Below are positions 11,623 through 22,500 of a stretch of 64,000 nucleotides of DNA, one piece after another. The stretch spans positions 620,001 through 684,000 of the forward strand of contig QPGO01000022.1 in NCBI GenBank assembly GCA_008632985.1, given 5' to 3'. Below the pieces are notes generated by a model. The model ran no database searches, had not been told where the DNA came from, and saw only the letters and a program-made list of their open reading frames with translations. Position numbers and translations under genes: made by a program. This stretch comes from Psammoneis japonica. Lineage: Eukaryota. Each line of letters starts with the position of its first letter. The stretch's first letter is position 1.

Positions 11623-12750
11623 ATGTTGAAAGTCAACTCTCGTACATCAGCAAGAGAAGTATCGTCCGAACTCTCCTCAGCTTTGAAAGCGAAAAAAAAT
11701 CCTAATGAACGAAAAGCAAGGGCTTCCACCAAAATTGGAAAGAGAATGGATCCTAGAATCAAGAATGTGGTCGATCCGTCACTCGGGAGAGTGGAGGAAG
11801 ATTCCACGTCTCTTTCACGAGGTGTCAAACGGCCTCTCTTGATCGCTGCCGATCCAATTCTCGGCAGAGGTGATGATGATTCCAAGTCTCTTCCTCGAGG
11901 TGGTGTGGTTGCTCCGTTTCCCAAGAAACTGCATGATATGTTGGGTGAGGCCGAAGATAAGAACTTTTGTCATGTCGTCTCTTGGCAATGTCACGGACGA
12001 GCTTTCACCGTGCACAAGCCGCTTGAGTTTGTACGCGACGTTATGCCAGCATACTTTCACCAAACAAAGATGGCATCTTTCCAGCGTCAGCTCAATCTTT
12101 ACGCTTTCAAGAGAGTAACTAGTGGACCTGACAAGGGTGCATATTTTCACAATCTTTTCTTGCGTGGACGGTATTCGCTTTGTGATGGCATGACGCGCAC
12201 GAAGATCAAGGGCACCCGAGTCAGAAAAGCCTTGACTTTTGATTCAGTCCCAGACTTTTACAAGCTACCCTTCATGCCGTCCGTACCTTGCAGATGCAAG
12301 ACACCACCGTTGCCTCAGTCACATGAAGGACCCTCAGTTAGAACTGCAAATCAAACCCACCGCTCTCGGCGAAGCGCTCCAAAACAAAAGAAAATCAAAA
12401 GCCGATTGTCAAATCACTTCAAGCACTCGTCACAATATGAGTCATCGTGGACAAGGGCACCGTCGGAGGATGAAAGACAATCAGATTGTCCCTCCACACC
12501 ACCCCTTACCTCTGAGCAGGGCCCGTCATCCACCGCCCAGGGAAGTTCGTGCACTTACGATTGTCCTCCTGCACTTGTGACACCTGACTACCAAAGATCT
12601 GGTGTAGTGATCAAGGGTGAAACAAGAAACAATGGGGAAGGAAACAAGTGCGGTGACGTGCTGTTTTTCGAGGGGAAGCCTTTTCATTATCTGGACCACG
12701 GGTACGGCGTGCACAATGTTCTCTGTCTGCATGTACCCAACGACTCCTGA
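11623..12750 (+). CDS. heat shock transcription factor (HSF-type DNA-binding domain)
   Basis: PFPKKLHDML...VVSWQCHGRAFTVHKP...YFHQTKMASFQRQLNLYAFKRVTSGPDKGAYFHNLFLRG; C-terminal FFEGKPFHYL; start codon uncertain. Confidence 0.92.
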   Translation: MLKVNSRTSAREVSSELSSALKAKKNPNERKARASTKIGKRMDPRIKNVVDPSLGRVEEDSTSLSRGVKRPLLIAADPILGRGDDDSKSLPRGGVVAPFPKKLHDMLGEAEDKNFCHVVSWQCHGRAFTVHKPLEFVRDVMPAYFHQTKMASFQRQLNLYAFKRVTSGPDKGAYFHNLFLRGRYSLCDGMTRTKIKGTRVRKALTFDSVPDFYKLPFMPSVPCRCKTPPLPQSHEGPSVRTANQTHRSRRSAPKQKKIKSRLSNHFKHSSQYESSWTRAPSEDERQSDCPSTPPLTSEQGPSSTAQGSSCTYDCPPALVTPDYQRSGVVIKGETRNNGEGNKCGDVLFFEGKPFHYLDHGYGVHNVLCLHVPNDS

Positions 12751-15700
12751 GCATCAACTGGCTTTTCGTATGCGAGAAGGCTGAACCTTTTATCTTACAT
12801 GACTACTGTATGTCTCCTTATTGCTGTATCAGAAACAAGCAGTCCTTCCTTGTCGTTAGTTCATAGTTTTATAATTACAAGTAACAATTGAATTACTCTT
12901 TACCAGGTGCGATCTTTTCGCATTTCAATCATTACAAGTACTATATAACGTGCCTCGTGAGCACCGCATACGCTATAGCAGAGGGTTGGTCCGTCTTGAT
13001 CGAAAGAGAGTGGGACACGGAACTTTGCACATTTCTCGTACTTAGCCAGCCTTTGGAAAAGATGTCAGTTGACGTGATAACCCAGACGTCAAAAAATAGG
13101 CTAATAGCTAGACACGTTTTGCTTTTTTGTTGAATGTCGTGGATGCGGTAATTTGGTATCGAAAACGAAGCCGAATCCAACGTGTCTCGAAGCTCTAGCA
13201 ACAATTGCTGAAATGCGACGATAAAAAATGAAATGCCTCGGATAGAAGATTGAAACATTTATGGATGCAAAAGCTTGGACATGCGCACAACGGCGACCTC
13301 CATGGGACAAGAGATGTATGCCGCTATTACACCCGTGACAGCTCCTACTCCGACACAACGAGTAACCATACAAAAACATGCATGTGAGTAAGAAACAAGA
13401 GAGACGAAGAGGCACCGTTGCGACAAAACTCCCGCGGACATCGTGCAGCTTGTCACGAAGTGTCTCAAAAGACCGAAACGAATGGAAGCATGAGAGACCT
13501 GTCTCCACACTCCGGCAGCCAACCAAGCATGTTGGCCGGGCGCACAATCATCCAGCCTGAGCATCCCCACAAACCCGACGCCGCGAACACGACCGCACGA
13601 GAAACGGGCGGTGGGCTGGGGAGGAGGGCTGCACTGCTCCTGAGGACATCGCCAGCTGGAGAGCAGAGAGCGCCAAAGATGTGCACAATGCTGCCAGAGC
13701 TGGAGGTTGCAAACTCTTGAGACTGCAGTGTGTGTGTCTCATGCATCAAAGGTCACACACACATCAAAGTTTGCAACCTCCCCAACACATTTTTGAGAAA
13801 TGTCAAGAATGCCATCATCTTCGTGCTTCAATCACGGTGTCAGAATGTTCTCATTTTTGTGCGCGATTGGGGTGTGAGGGCCCCCAATTTTTGCGCGCAA
13901 CTGTGCATCTCCACCACACGCACTCCACACAGTGGGACAAACTGTGGGGTGACCCCAGTTGGTTGATGGCCCCCCCTGCAAGTCTGTGCATTCATCCAAT
14001 TGAGCCACTTTTCTGAGTGGAACGCAACCCTTCTTGTGTTGATCAATGCAGTGACTTCCCTTTGAGTCTGTTGCACATGCCAACACATTGTTGCAGCTGT
14101 CCTGCTGGCAATCATTGTCAACAAATCATTTGCTCCACTCCTGTTGGGGACATTTGGTGAAAAGGATCACCAGCAGAAAGTGTTTTGTGACAGCAACAAT
14201 TGCAAATCAATGTCGCCATTGCCAGTCAGCAGCAACACCCAAACTCCTCAAAGCCCACCCAAGTGCAAGAAAACTCAGACAAAAAGAAGTGTGCAATCCC
14301 GGCACATGATGTGTGGTTCCAGTGTGGAAAAAAACCAGGATTTCAGTGCAAGGAGCAAGTCACAAAATGTTGATGTTCTTTCTCATGTTGCGCCAATGTC
14401 TGGCATCTCACAAACGTTTGTTTGGTCATTGTGGCTGTCCGGCTGTCAACACTTTCCCACAAATCATTTGTTCTGCTCCCATTGGTGAGGTTTGATCAAC
14501 AGGATTGACAGCAGAAGGTCACAAACATGGACAGAAATGAGGCAACTGCAACTGGATGTGCTGCCATTCATGCCAGCATTTGCAGCATTCGTCATCACTC
14601 TAAATTCTGGGTTTTAATTCCACAACTCTCAATTCTGCAGCAGCAAGTTGTGCCCAACAGAAGTGCTGCACAAAGCATCACATTTGGTGTTTTGTGTCAT
14701 GACAGCAACTGCTGCAGTGCTCAAGCAACTCCTGCACAGAGAAAAACACCCAACATGCCACTCTTGTTGCGTTTTTGCAGATGCCTTGATTCTGATCATT
14801 GACAAATGGCAATGCTCTGCAAAGCATTGCATTGGTGCCTTGGAATCATGTGTTGACAGTTGTTGCCATGCTCAAGCAGCTCTCCACAAAGAAACTGCTC
14901 TCAGCCATCATGCAAGGGCATGCTGCTGCAGCTTGTTTGCAAAATCAATGGACCAATTGATGTTGACCAATTTCTCACCCCATTCTTTGCATCCACCATC
15001 ATCAACAGTCTTGGATTCTGAATCACTTTGCTGCATTTCCGAACAACCAGAAGTTTGGGGAGCAGCATCACCGTTGTTCTCCTTGTGTGAGTGGCCTGCT
15101 TCTTACACTGTTTGAGTGGCCTCCACTGGTGCCGTGCTGTCCTTTTTCCTCGTGTTGTTCAGGAAATGTTTGCTCCCAATTCTTTGACAAAGTCACAACC
15201 CTTCAAACTCCTGTGCTTCACAGCCATTGCACTGGAGTTCTTCACCTGCCAGAGCAACAGCATGGCAGCGCTTGCCTCGGCAGTTGTTCACTTGGAGGGC
15301 AAGCGAATGTGAGGCACCACCTTGGAGAGCAGATGAGACACCATCCTTGTGGAGTTGTGGAAAGCCACCACATTGCAGTGCCTTCAGCACACAGGTCACT
15401 GTCCATCCACATGCATTGCAACCTGGCTGGAAAAGCAATCACAAGAAGCCTTGCGGCTTCGGTGGAAAAAATTTTCACAGAGCTGTCTTGAAGCTGAAGC
15501 AGCAATGGGCAATGTGCAGACTTGTGGGGGGGGGGGGGGGGGGGTTGTTAATTGCATCAACTTTCATGAAGACAACAAGACACAGCCATTCAGCGAAGCG
15601 TCCAATCTGCACAATGTGTTGCACACTGGCATTGCTGTGCACAATCCACGCATGCGATTTCTACATGTTCTAAAGTGCTGAGGTTTTGGAGCATGCAAAT

Positions 15701-15757
15701 TTGGAGAATCCTTTCTCAGCAAACACACAACAAACAACAACGATGATGACCACAACC

Positions 15758-17055
15758 ATGAACAAAATGTTGCTCCAACCCCCGCTCAGCAATGCTCGAG
15801 AGACTGACGATGAGTGCCGTGCCTTGGAGTTTGTTGAAGAATGGTCTGAACAAATTAAAGTTGACAGTGTTGTGATGTTGGTGAGTTTTGCCAGCATGTG
15901 AACTTGAGACTGCTCAAGTTGTTGCAAACTTTTTGTGCCCAAATGTTGCCCATGTGAAATCGGTCAATGTTGGTGACTTCATTGCTGGCTTGCCCAAAGA
16001 CAAAGTGCTGGCCTCCCTCCAACACATCTGCGATGTGTTTGCCGACTGTGAGTTGGAACGCATCAATGTCAGCAACAATGTGCTTGGCTCCAAGGGCATT
16101 CAAGCATGCTCATCTCTGCTGAATGCCCAGACAGCGTTGCTCAAGGAACTCTGTTTGGCCAACAATGGTCTTGCCGCCAAGACTTTGAAAGAAATTGCCG
16201 ACATTCTTCTGCAAGTTGATGCCAAAACCAACATGTGTGCCTGTCATTGGCTGGAGGTGTTGCACATGTGCAACAAAATGATTGGCAATGAAGGATCTCC
16301 TGCACTTGAATGCATTTTACAAGAGTGCTGTTGATTGAAAATGCTCGTGTGTTCTGGCTGTCATGCCTTGTCAGTGGGAAGTCTCTTGCTGGCATGGGGA
16401 TTGAACGCTGTGGACATTTTGCACTTGGAGATGCTCAACCTGGACGGCTTGGACTTTGGTGGCAGCAAAGATGAAAATGATGGCATCCACCTCTTGTTGC
16501 AAAAACTGACCAAGGCGTCCAACTTGAAACACGGCATTTTTCGTGACTCTGGATTAAATGCCCAAGGCCTGGAAGTCGTGATGCAAGCCTTGCTGGAGGA
16601 CAGTGTGCCTCTGGAAGAAATTGATGTGTCCAAGAATGAAGTGGGGCACAAGAGTGCAGTGTTTTGGTGCCCTTGACTCTCAAGGTCAAGGACATGCTTC
16701 AAGTCTTCATTGCTGACTTGAATGAGTTTACCAGCATCAACATGTCCACACTCTTGTTCAAGCACTGAGTGAGGCGTCCAAGCTCCACAAAGTGGCCTTG
16801 AATGAAAACAAGTGTGGCCACATTGGTGCTTTGGCATTGTGTGAGGCAGAATTGCCCCAGATGGAAAAGATTTTTCTTGATGAAAATGCCTTTTTGCCTG
16901 ATGATGTGGCCATGTTGGAAGTGCACTTTGGGGACAAGCTCCAGCCCATGGAGGATGAGGATGATTTGGAAGATGTTGGTGCAGAGTTGGAAGAAGAAGC
17001 TGAGGAAGAGGAAGTGGATGAGTTTGCCAAGCAACTGGCCAAGTCACAAGTTCAG
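15758..17055 (+). pseudogene. Ran GTPase-activating protein (RanGAP)-like LRR pseudogene
   Basis: GDFIAGLP..., RINVSNNVLGSKGIQAC, LKELCLANNGL, EEIDVSKNEVG, LDENAF and an acidic tail EDEDDLEDVGAELEEEAEEEE; several stops and frameshifts. Confidence 0.8.
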
Positions 17056-17339
17056 GGAGCAAAGTGTGCAGTTTTGCACAGCATGCAACATGGGTGGAGT
17101 TTAGATTGGACAAGACACACTGTGGCAATGACATGCACTGTCGCGATTCAATGTTGCACTGTGTGGCATCCAGAGAGCAACACAACTTTTGTTGGTGGCT
17201 CTGACATGCGTGTCAGTTGCTCGTTCCATCTTTCAAACAATGTCATGCCGAGTCAGTCCTGCCAGCATTCCAAGTGATGTCAAAGGGACCTGAGACCACA
17301 ACAACTCAAACCATTTTGGCAACAGCAAATTTTTCTGTC

Positions 17340-17590
17340 TTCTCCCATCTGCTGCCAGCTGCTGTCACTGCCATGAATGCATTTTTTAGAGGTGCAAGCT
17401 GGTTGAATTGCAATGTCAAAGATCTGGTCGTCTGCACTTTCTTGTCCCATCTGCTGCCACTGTCACTGCCATTTGTCGCAAACATGAACATGTTGAGAGG
17501 CACGAGCTGGCTGCACTTTCAAAGATCCAATCCTCTGCACCATCTTGTCCCATCTGTCACTGCCACCACTGCCATTTGTTGCAAACACAA
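17340..17590. repeat. ~102-bp degenerate tandem repeat, ~2.5 copies
   Basis: cccatctg...ctgccat...agagg...agctgg...caaagatc recurs near 17344, 17446, 17549. Confidence 0.7.
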
Positions 17591-17767
17591 ACACAAACAG
17601 AGGGGCTGACAATCTGTCAGGAAGAGGTCGCCATTGTTGAAAAGACACATGGATGTTTGCTTGCAAAGCAAATGCACACTGCCTCTCTTCAAAAACAACA
17701 GATGGACTGCTCAAGCTCTTCCAATGACAGAATGACAGAGAGGATCACATTGGCACAAACAAGGCAG

Positions 17768-18308
17768 CCAGTCAATTTCCATGGCATCCTCATGGTCAAC
17801 CTCCTCCTTGGGGAATGCCTTTTGGAACTTCGCCTTGCAGTTTGCAAGGATCTCCTTGTCGATGGTGCACTCTGCATTTAGAAGATCAGGAAGTTCAGTG
17901 ATTTCCAGGTTGCAGTGACCTGTGATCATCACAAGAAGCATTTGGAGTGGTGCTTTGCATTTGCAGTTGCAATTGGCAGAGATGTCAAAGTGGGGGATGT
18001 TCTTCTTCTTTGGGGGACGTCTTCGGAAGCGAGACTGTTGAAGAAAGTTACGTAGAATTTGCACTGAAACAGTCTGTCAATCAGTGTGATTGGGTGTTTG
18101 GGACCTCTGGACAGATCCCACGTGTTTTCTTGTGTGCACAAATTGCGCTGGGAAAACCCCCAAATGTGCTGGCGATCAGACCGCCTTCGACGATCTCACT
18201 TCCAAAGATGCCCCCCATCTTGGGGTGCTTGATTTGGTTGGCCTTGACCTTGCAATGAATTTCTTTGATGTTGACCTTGTTTCCAACAATGATGACAGGC
18301 AGATCTGG
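17768..18308 (-). pseudogene. Ran GTPase-like pseudogene, 3' part (interrupted by a MITE)
   Basis: PDLPVIIVGNKVNIKE..KVKANQIKHPK | KKKNIPHFDISANCN...GHCNLE, comparable to Ran IPIVLCGNKVD..KKNLQYYDISAKSNYN. Confidence 0.8.
18013..18215. mobile_element. ~200-bp MITE with ~31-bp imperfect TIRs, probable TA target (Tc1/mariner-type)
   Basis: ggggacgtcttcggaagcgagactgttgaag / cttcgacgatctcacttccaaagatgccccc, flanked by TG and CA; excision leaving one TA restores the Ran frame (HPKIKKKNIP). Confidence 0.75.
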
Positions 18309-18571
18309 TGACAGGATTTGAACAGGATTCAGGTGCGCGCGAAATGTTGCGTGCTGTTTAGTTTGCCACGCACAGTTTTGTGTGCTCTTCAGTTCCGCGC
18401 GTGCGCGCGCGATGTAGTTTGCTTTCAAGCCACACGGCTCACAACAATGATGCCAGTAGCCCGGTTGCACCGACTTACACGTCTTTCGGATTGGCGGAGA
18501 CTCATCTGCCATTTAGACAGCAGTGAGGAGTTGTTGTTTGAGTTCTTGCCATTTGCCTTCAATTTCTGTCA
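18309..18571 (+). repeat. 5' LTR of copia 2 (263 bp; ~15 bp shorter than the 3' LTR)
   Basis: TGACAGG...TTTCTGTCA; aligns to 25161-25438. Confidence 0.93.
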
Positions 18572-19525
18572 GATTGACAGTCTTGCTCATTGTCAACCCA
18601 TTGAGCAACCACCATCATCGTCGTTGATTTACTGACAATGCCACTTCAATTCTGCGTGGACCTCCGCACATGTTCTGCGTGCACATCGGCAAGTCTGCGC
18701 ACATTCAACACCAGGCACCGGCAGGAATTTAACGTCACCGTCAAGTCTCCTTGCCGCTGGACATCTGGATTGATTGCACTGCCTTTTGTCGCTGAAGACG
18801 TGCATTCAACGGTCACATCCAAGTCTGTCCTTGATCCTCATCCCTTGACACACCCATTCAACGGTTAACGGTCAAGAACCCTGCACATTCAAAGATCTTC
18901 GTCGCTCAAGACATGTGCACACATGCATCTTCACGGCCAAGAACTTGAACCCACTCTTTGGACTGTGGCTTTGCTGCCACTCTACAAGCACACCGAGTCT
19001 GTTGCACCTGATCTGCCCCGGACCACTGGTGCTCTGCAGTTCTGCTGGGTCCACGAGGATGACTGTGAGAGCAAGCAGCCGTGATTGCAGCCTGCGTTGG
19101 GGCGAGGGTGTTTTCCCGCATTTGTTTGTTCGTCCACAGTGCCCAACGCCCACGTCAACTGGCCAGCCTGATCGGGAAATCCAACCGACATAAAACAAGA
19201 ACAGTTTGGGGGTCTTGTCCGCCTCCAGTCAGCTCACCTGCAGGGGTTCACAACCCGCTGCTCCGCTTGCAAGCAACCCAAAGTGCCGCCAGCTGCGGGT
19301 TCGGAAGTGCCAGCACAACTCTGCAGACCGGACAGGAAGTTTGGCACTTAACAACAAATGGGACAGCACAGCCCGGCGACTTCTGATTTTAAGACAGTTC
19401 AAGATTTCAAGTCAAGTCTGTTTCAAGTCAAGTCTGTTTCAAGTCAAGTCCATTCCCACTCAAGTTTCAAGTCTGCCTCTGCGTCCCAACAAGAATCGCT
19501 TGCCCTGGCACCGCTTTTGTCTGCC

Positions 19526-22500
19526 ATGGTTCTCACTCGTCAGCAACAAACCGATGGTTTCGAGCACGTTGTTGGAACCGTGCTTGCCCAAGGTGCTGGA
19601 AGCCCTCTTTGTTTGGCCTTGACCCATGACGGCACGGACTCGTGCCAAGAACTGTTCACGTTCATGCCTTCCCAAATCGACTCGCTTGAGTGCGACAATG
19701 GCACTAATGTGGTCCCATTGCCCCGAGGTTGTAAGAACATGTTAGCAGCTCTGGTCAGTCTGTGCATTGTCAAAGCACACAAGGGCCTTGATGTTGCCAA
19801 TGACTCTTCATTGTTCATGCATGATGAGTTCCTTGCCTGCTGCCTCAGTCCCAACTGCATGGCTTCTGTGTCCGTCGGTGGCTCACCTCTTGCACCTCCG
19901 CACGTCACCAACCTGACCAAGGCACGCGACCCAGTGCGAGACTTCAAGCGAGGCATCAAGCGTGACCCCACTGCTTTCACGGCTCTCAAATCCGACAAAC
20001 AGTGGCACACTTGGCACACCTCACTTGTGGCACAAGCCTGTGCCCAAGACATCAAGTGCACTCTAGACTCATCGTACAAACCAACCAGCCCCAAAGACAA
20101 ACTGCTCTTTGCTGAACAGCAAAAGCACATGTTCGCTGTCTTCGAACGCATCCTTCTCACCGACAAGGGCAAAGCTCTCATTTGCGAAAATGTGGGGTCT
20201 TCTGACGCCCAGACCATCTGCCGTGCCTTGTCCGAGCATGCGCTCACCTCCACCCATGCATCTGTTGAGTCCTCCACCTTGCTCACGCACCTCACCACCG
20301 CACGCCTTGGTGATGGCACTTGGAAAGGTCCAACCCATGGGTTCATCCTTCATTGGCAGGATCAGTCACGCAAGCACAAGGCACTCATCCCGGCCAGTGA
20401 CCACTTCTCTGAAGGACAGAAGCGCGTCATGCTCGAGAATGCCGCACATCCTGTTGAGGAACTCCGCGCCGTCAAGAACCAAGCTGATCAAGATCGCACG
20501 CAGAGTGGCAAGAGCCTCGTGTGCGATCAACATTGTGGCTTGCTCCTCTCCGCGGCAGCTCAGTGTGACAGCACGTTTCAACCCAAGACGACACCTCGAG
20601 CTCCCCGCCGTGCCACACACGCACATGACGTCCACTCCGAGGAACCATCCGATGATGTGTTCCATGACATCGACAGCGACATTGACGTCCTTCAGGCCAA
20701 TGCTGCCCACACCTGCGGTCCCAGCCTCACCGGCGACCAATGGAAACGTCTCCCTCCTGACCACCAACAGATTTGGGATTCGTTGCCCAATTCCTCCAAG
20801 GCAATCATCCTTGAGCATTCTCGTCCGCCTCCTTGCAACCCACGAGCCGGCAACTGGCATGAGTCCGTTGCGGTCAACCTTCACGACCAACGACTTGGGA
20901 GTGACGGTGATGTCAACTTGTCCGCCACGACTCTTGCTGACTCTGGTGATCCTGCTCCGAATGTGGGTGCCACTTCAGACAATCCCATTCTGGCGCATCT
21001 CACCAAGTGCAAGCCACTGCCACCCGGTGATCTGCAACGCCTGTTGTCTCCTGACCAAACCCCCACAGCCAGTCGACCGGGCCCATCCACCGCTCCCTCT
21101 ACCTCGCCTGCTCCTCCAGATGACATGGAACTCAACGGCCGCACTTGCTGCTGCGTCAATGACCACAATGTCATTCACTCTGCCTCCGCTCATCGCTCCA
21201 CACGCACTGGTGCTCTGGTCAATTGTGGAGCCAATGGCGGCATTGCTGGCGACGACGCTCACGTCATTGCACGCACCTCTCGCCAAGTCGACGTTCAGGG
21301 CATTGACGACCATCAATTGGTGGACATCCCCATTGTCGCCACTGGTGCCGTCATTGAGACACAGCATGGTCCCGTCATTGCCATCCTCCATCAGTGCGCG
21401 CACACGGGAAATGGCAAGACCATTCATTCCTGTGGCCAGCTCGAATGGCACAAACACGATGTCAACGATCGCTCTGTCAAGGTGCCCAACGGCTTGCAGC
21501 GCATCGCCACCCCTGATGGCTGTGTCATCACAATTGACATCAAGGGTGGCCTGCCTTACATTGCCATGTGGCCCTGCACTGACGACGAATGGGACACCCT
21601 GCCACATGTCATCCTTGCCAGTGATGACACATGGGACCCTTCCATCCTTGATCACTCTGTCACTGACGACGACCAGTGGTGCGATGCGATCTCTGACCTG
21701 CAGGACGATCCCACTGCCAACCCATTTGACGAGTGCGGCAACTGCCGTCACCGTGTCATTGTCAACAAGGCCGTCATGTCCGCCTCCTTGCCTGCCGATC
21801 ACGCGTCCGCCCTCGATGACCACCTCATTCCGAATGAAGACGTGTTCTGCGAGTGTCATCTGCACGCGATTGACCCCAAGGACGACGATGTTTTGCCTCT
21901 GGAGCGCAATGTGCAGCCCAAGGACCCCCCCCCACGAGTCTCTTCGGCCCTGCTTTGGTTTCCAACCCACCGTTTCCAACCCACCGACACGGTTCGTCGC
22001 ACTTTCGACTGCACCACGCAATGTGCCTGCATGCCCGCCGGTGCGCACCTCAAGAAGGCCCACAAATCGCCCAACCCCGCCCTCAATGTGCACCGCCGCA
22101 ACAAGCCTGTCGCCACTGACACCATTCATGCCAACACCCCGGCCATCGACTCTGGCTGCACCAGCGCCCAACTGTTTGTTGGTGCTGAGTCTGCCGTCAC
22201 TGACATCTGCGGCACCAAATCCGACAAAGAGTTTGTCAACACACTTGAGGATCAGATCCGTGAGCGTGGTGCTCCATCCAAACTCATCAGTGACCGTGCT
22301 CAAGTTGAGATCAGCAACAAGGTGCTCGGGATTCTACGAGCCCTGTTCATCTCCAGCTGGCAAAGCGAGCCTCACCAGCAACACCAAAACTTTGCCGAAC
22401 GCTGATGCCAGACCATGAAGCGCATGGCAAACACCATCATGGACCGTTTCGGTTCGCCTGCCCACACATGGCTGCTGGCACTCATGTGTGTTTGCTTCAC

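Noticed and set aside
12888..13570. Short ORFs downstream of HSF as a host gene
   Set aside because: No recognisable domain or consistent exon structure.
3008..15544. Long C/G homopolymers (3008-3026, 15526-15544) as functional G-quadruplex elements
   Set aside because: Simple homopolymer runs with no supporting context, and their lengths are error-prone.
20109..22418. 769-aa alternative-frame ORF and antisense ORFs (e.g. 20975-22303, 6447-7793) as extra retroelement genes
   Set aside because: These are shadow frames of gag-pol opened by stop-codon loss, with no recognisable domains.
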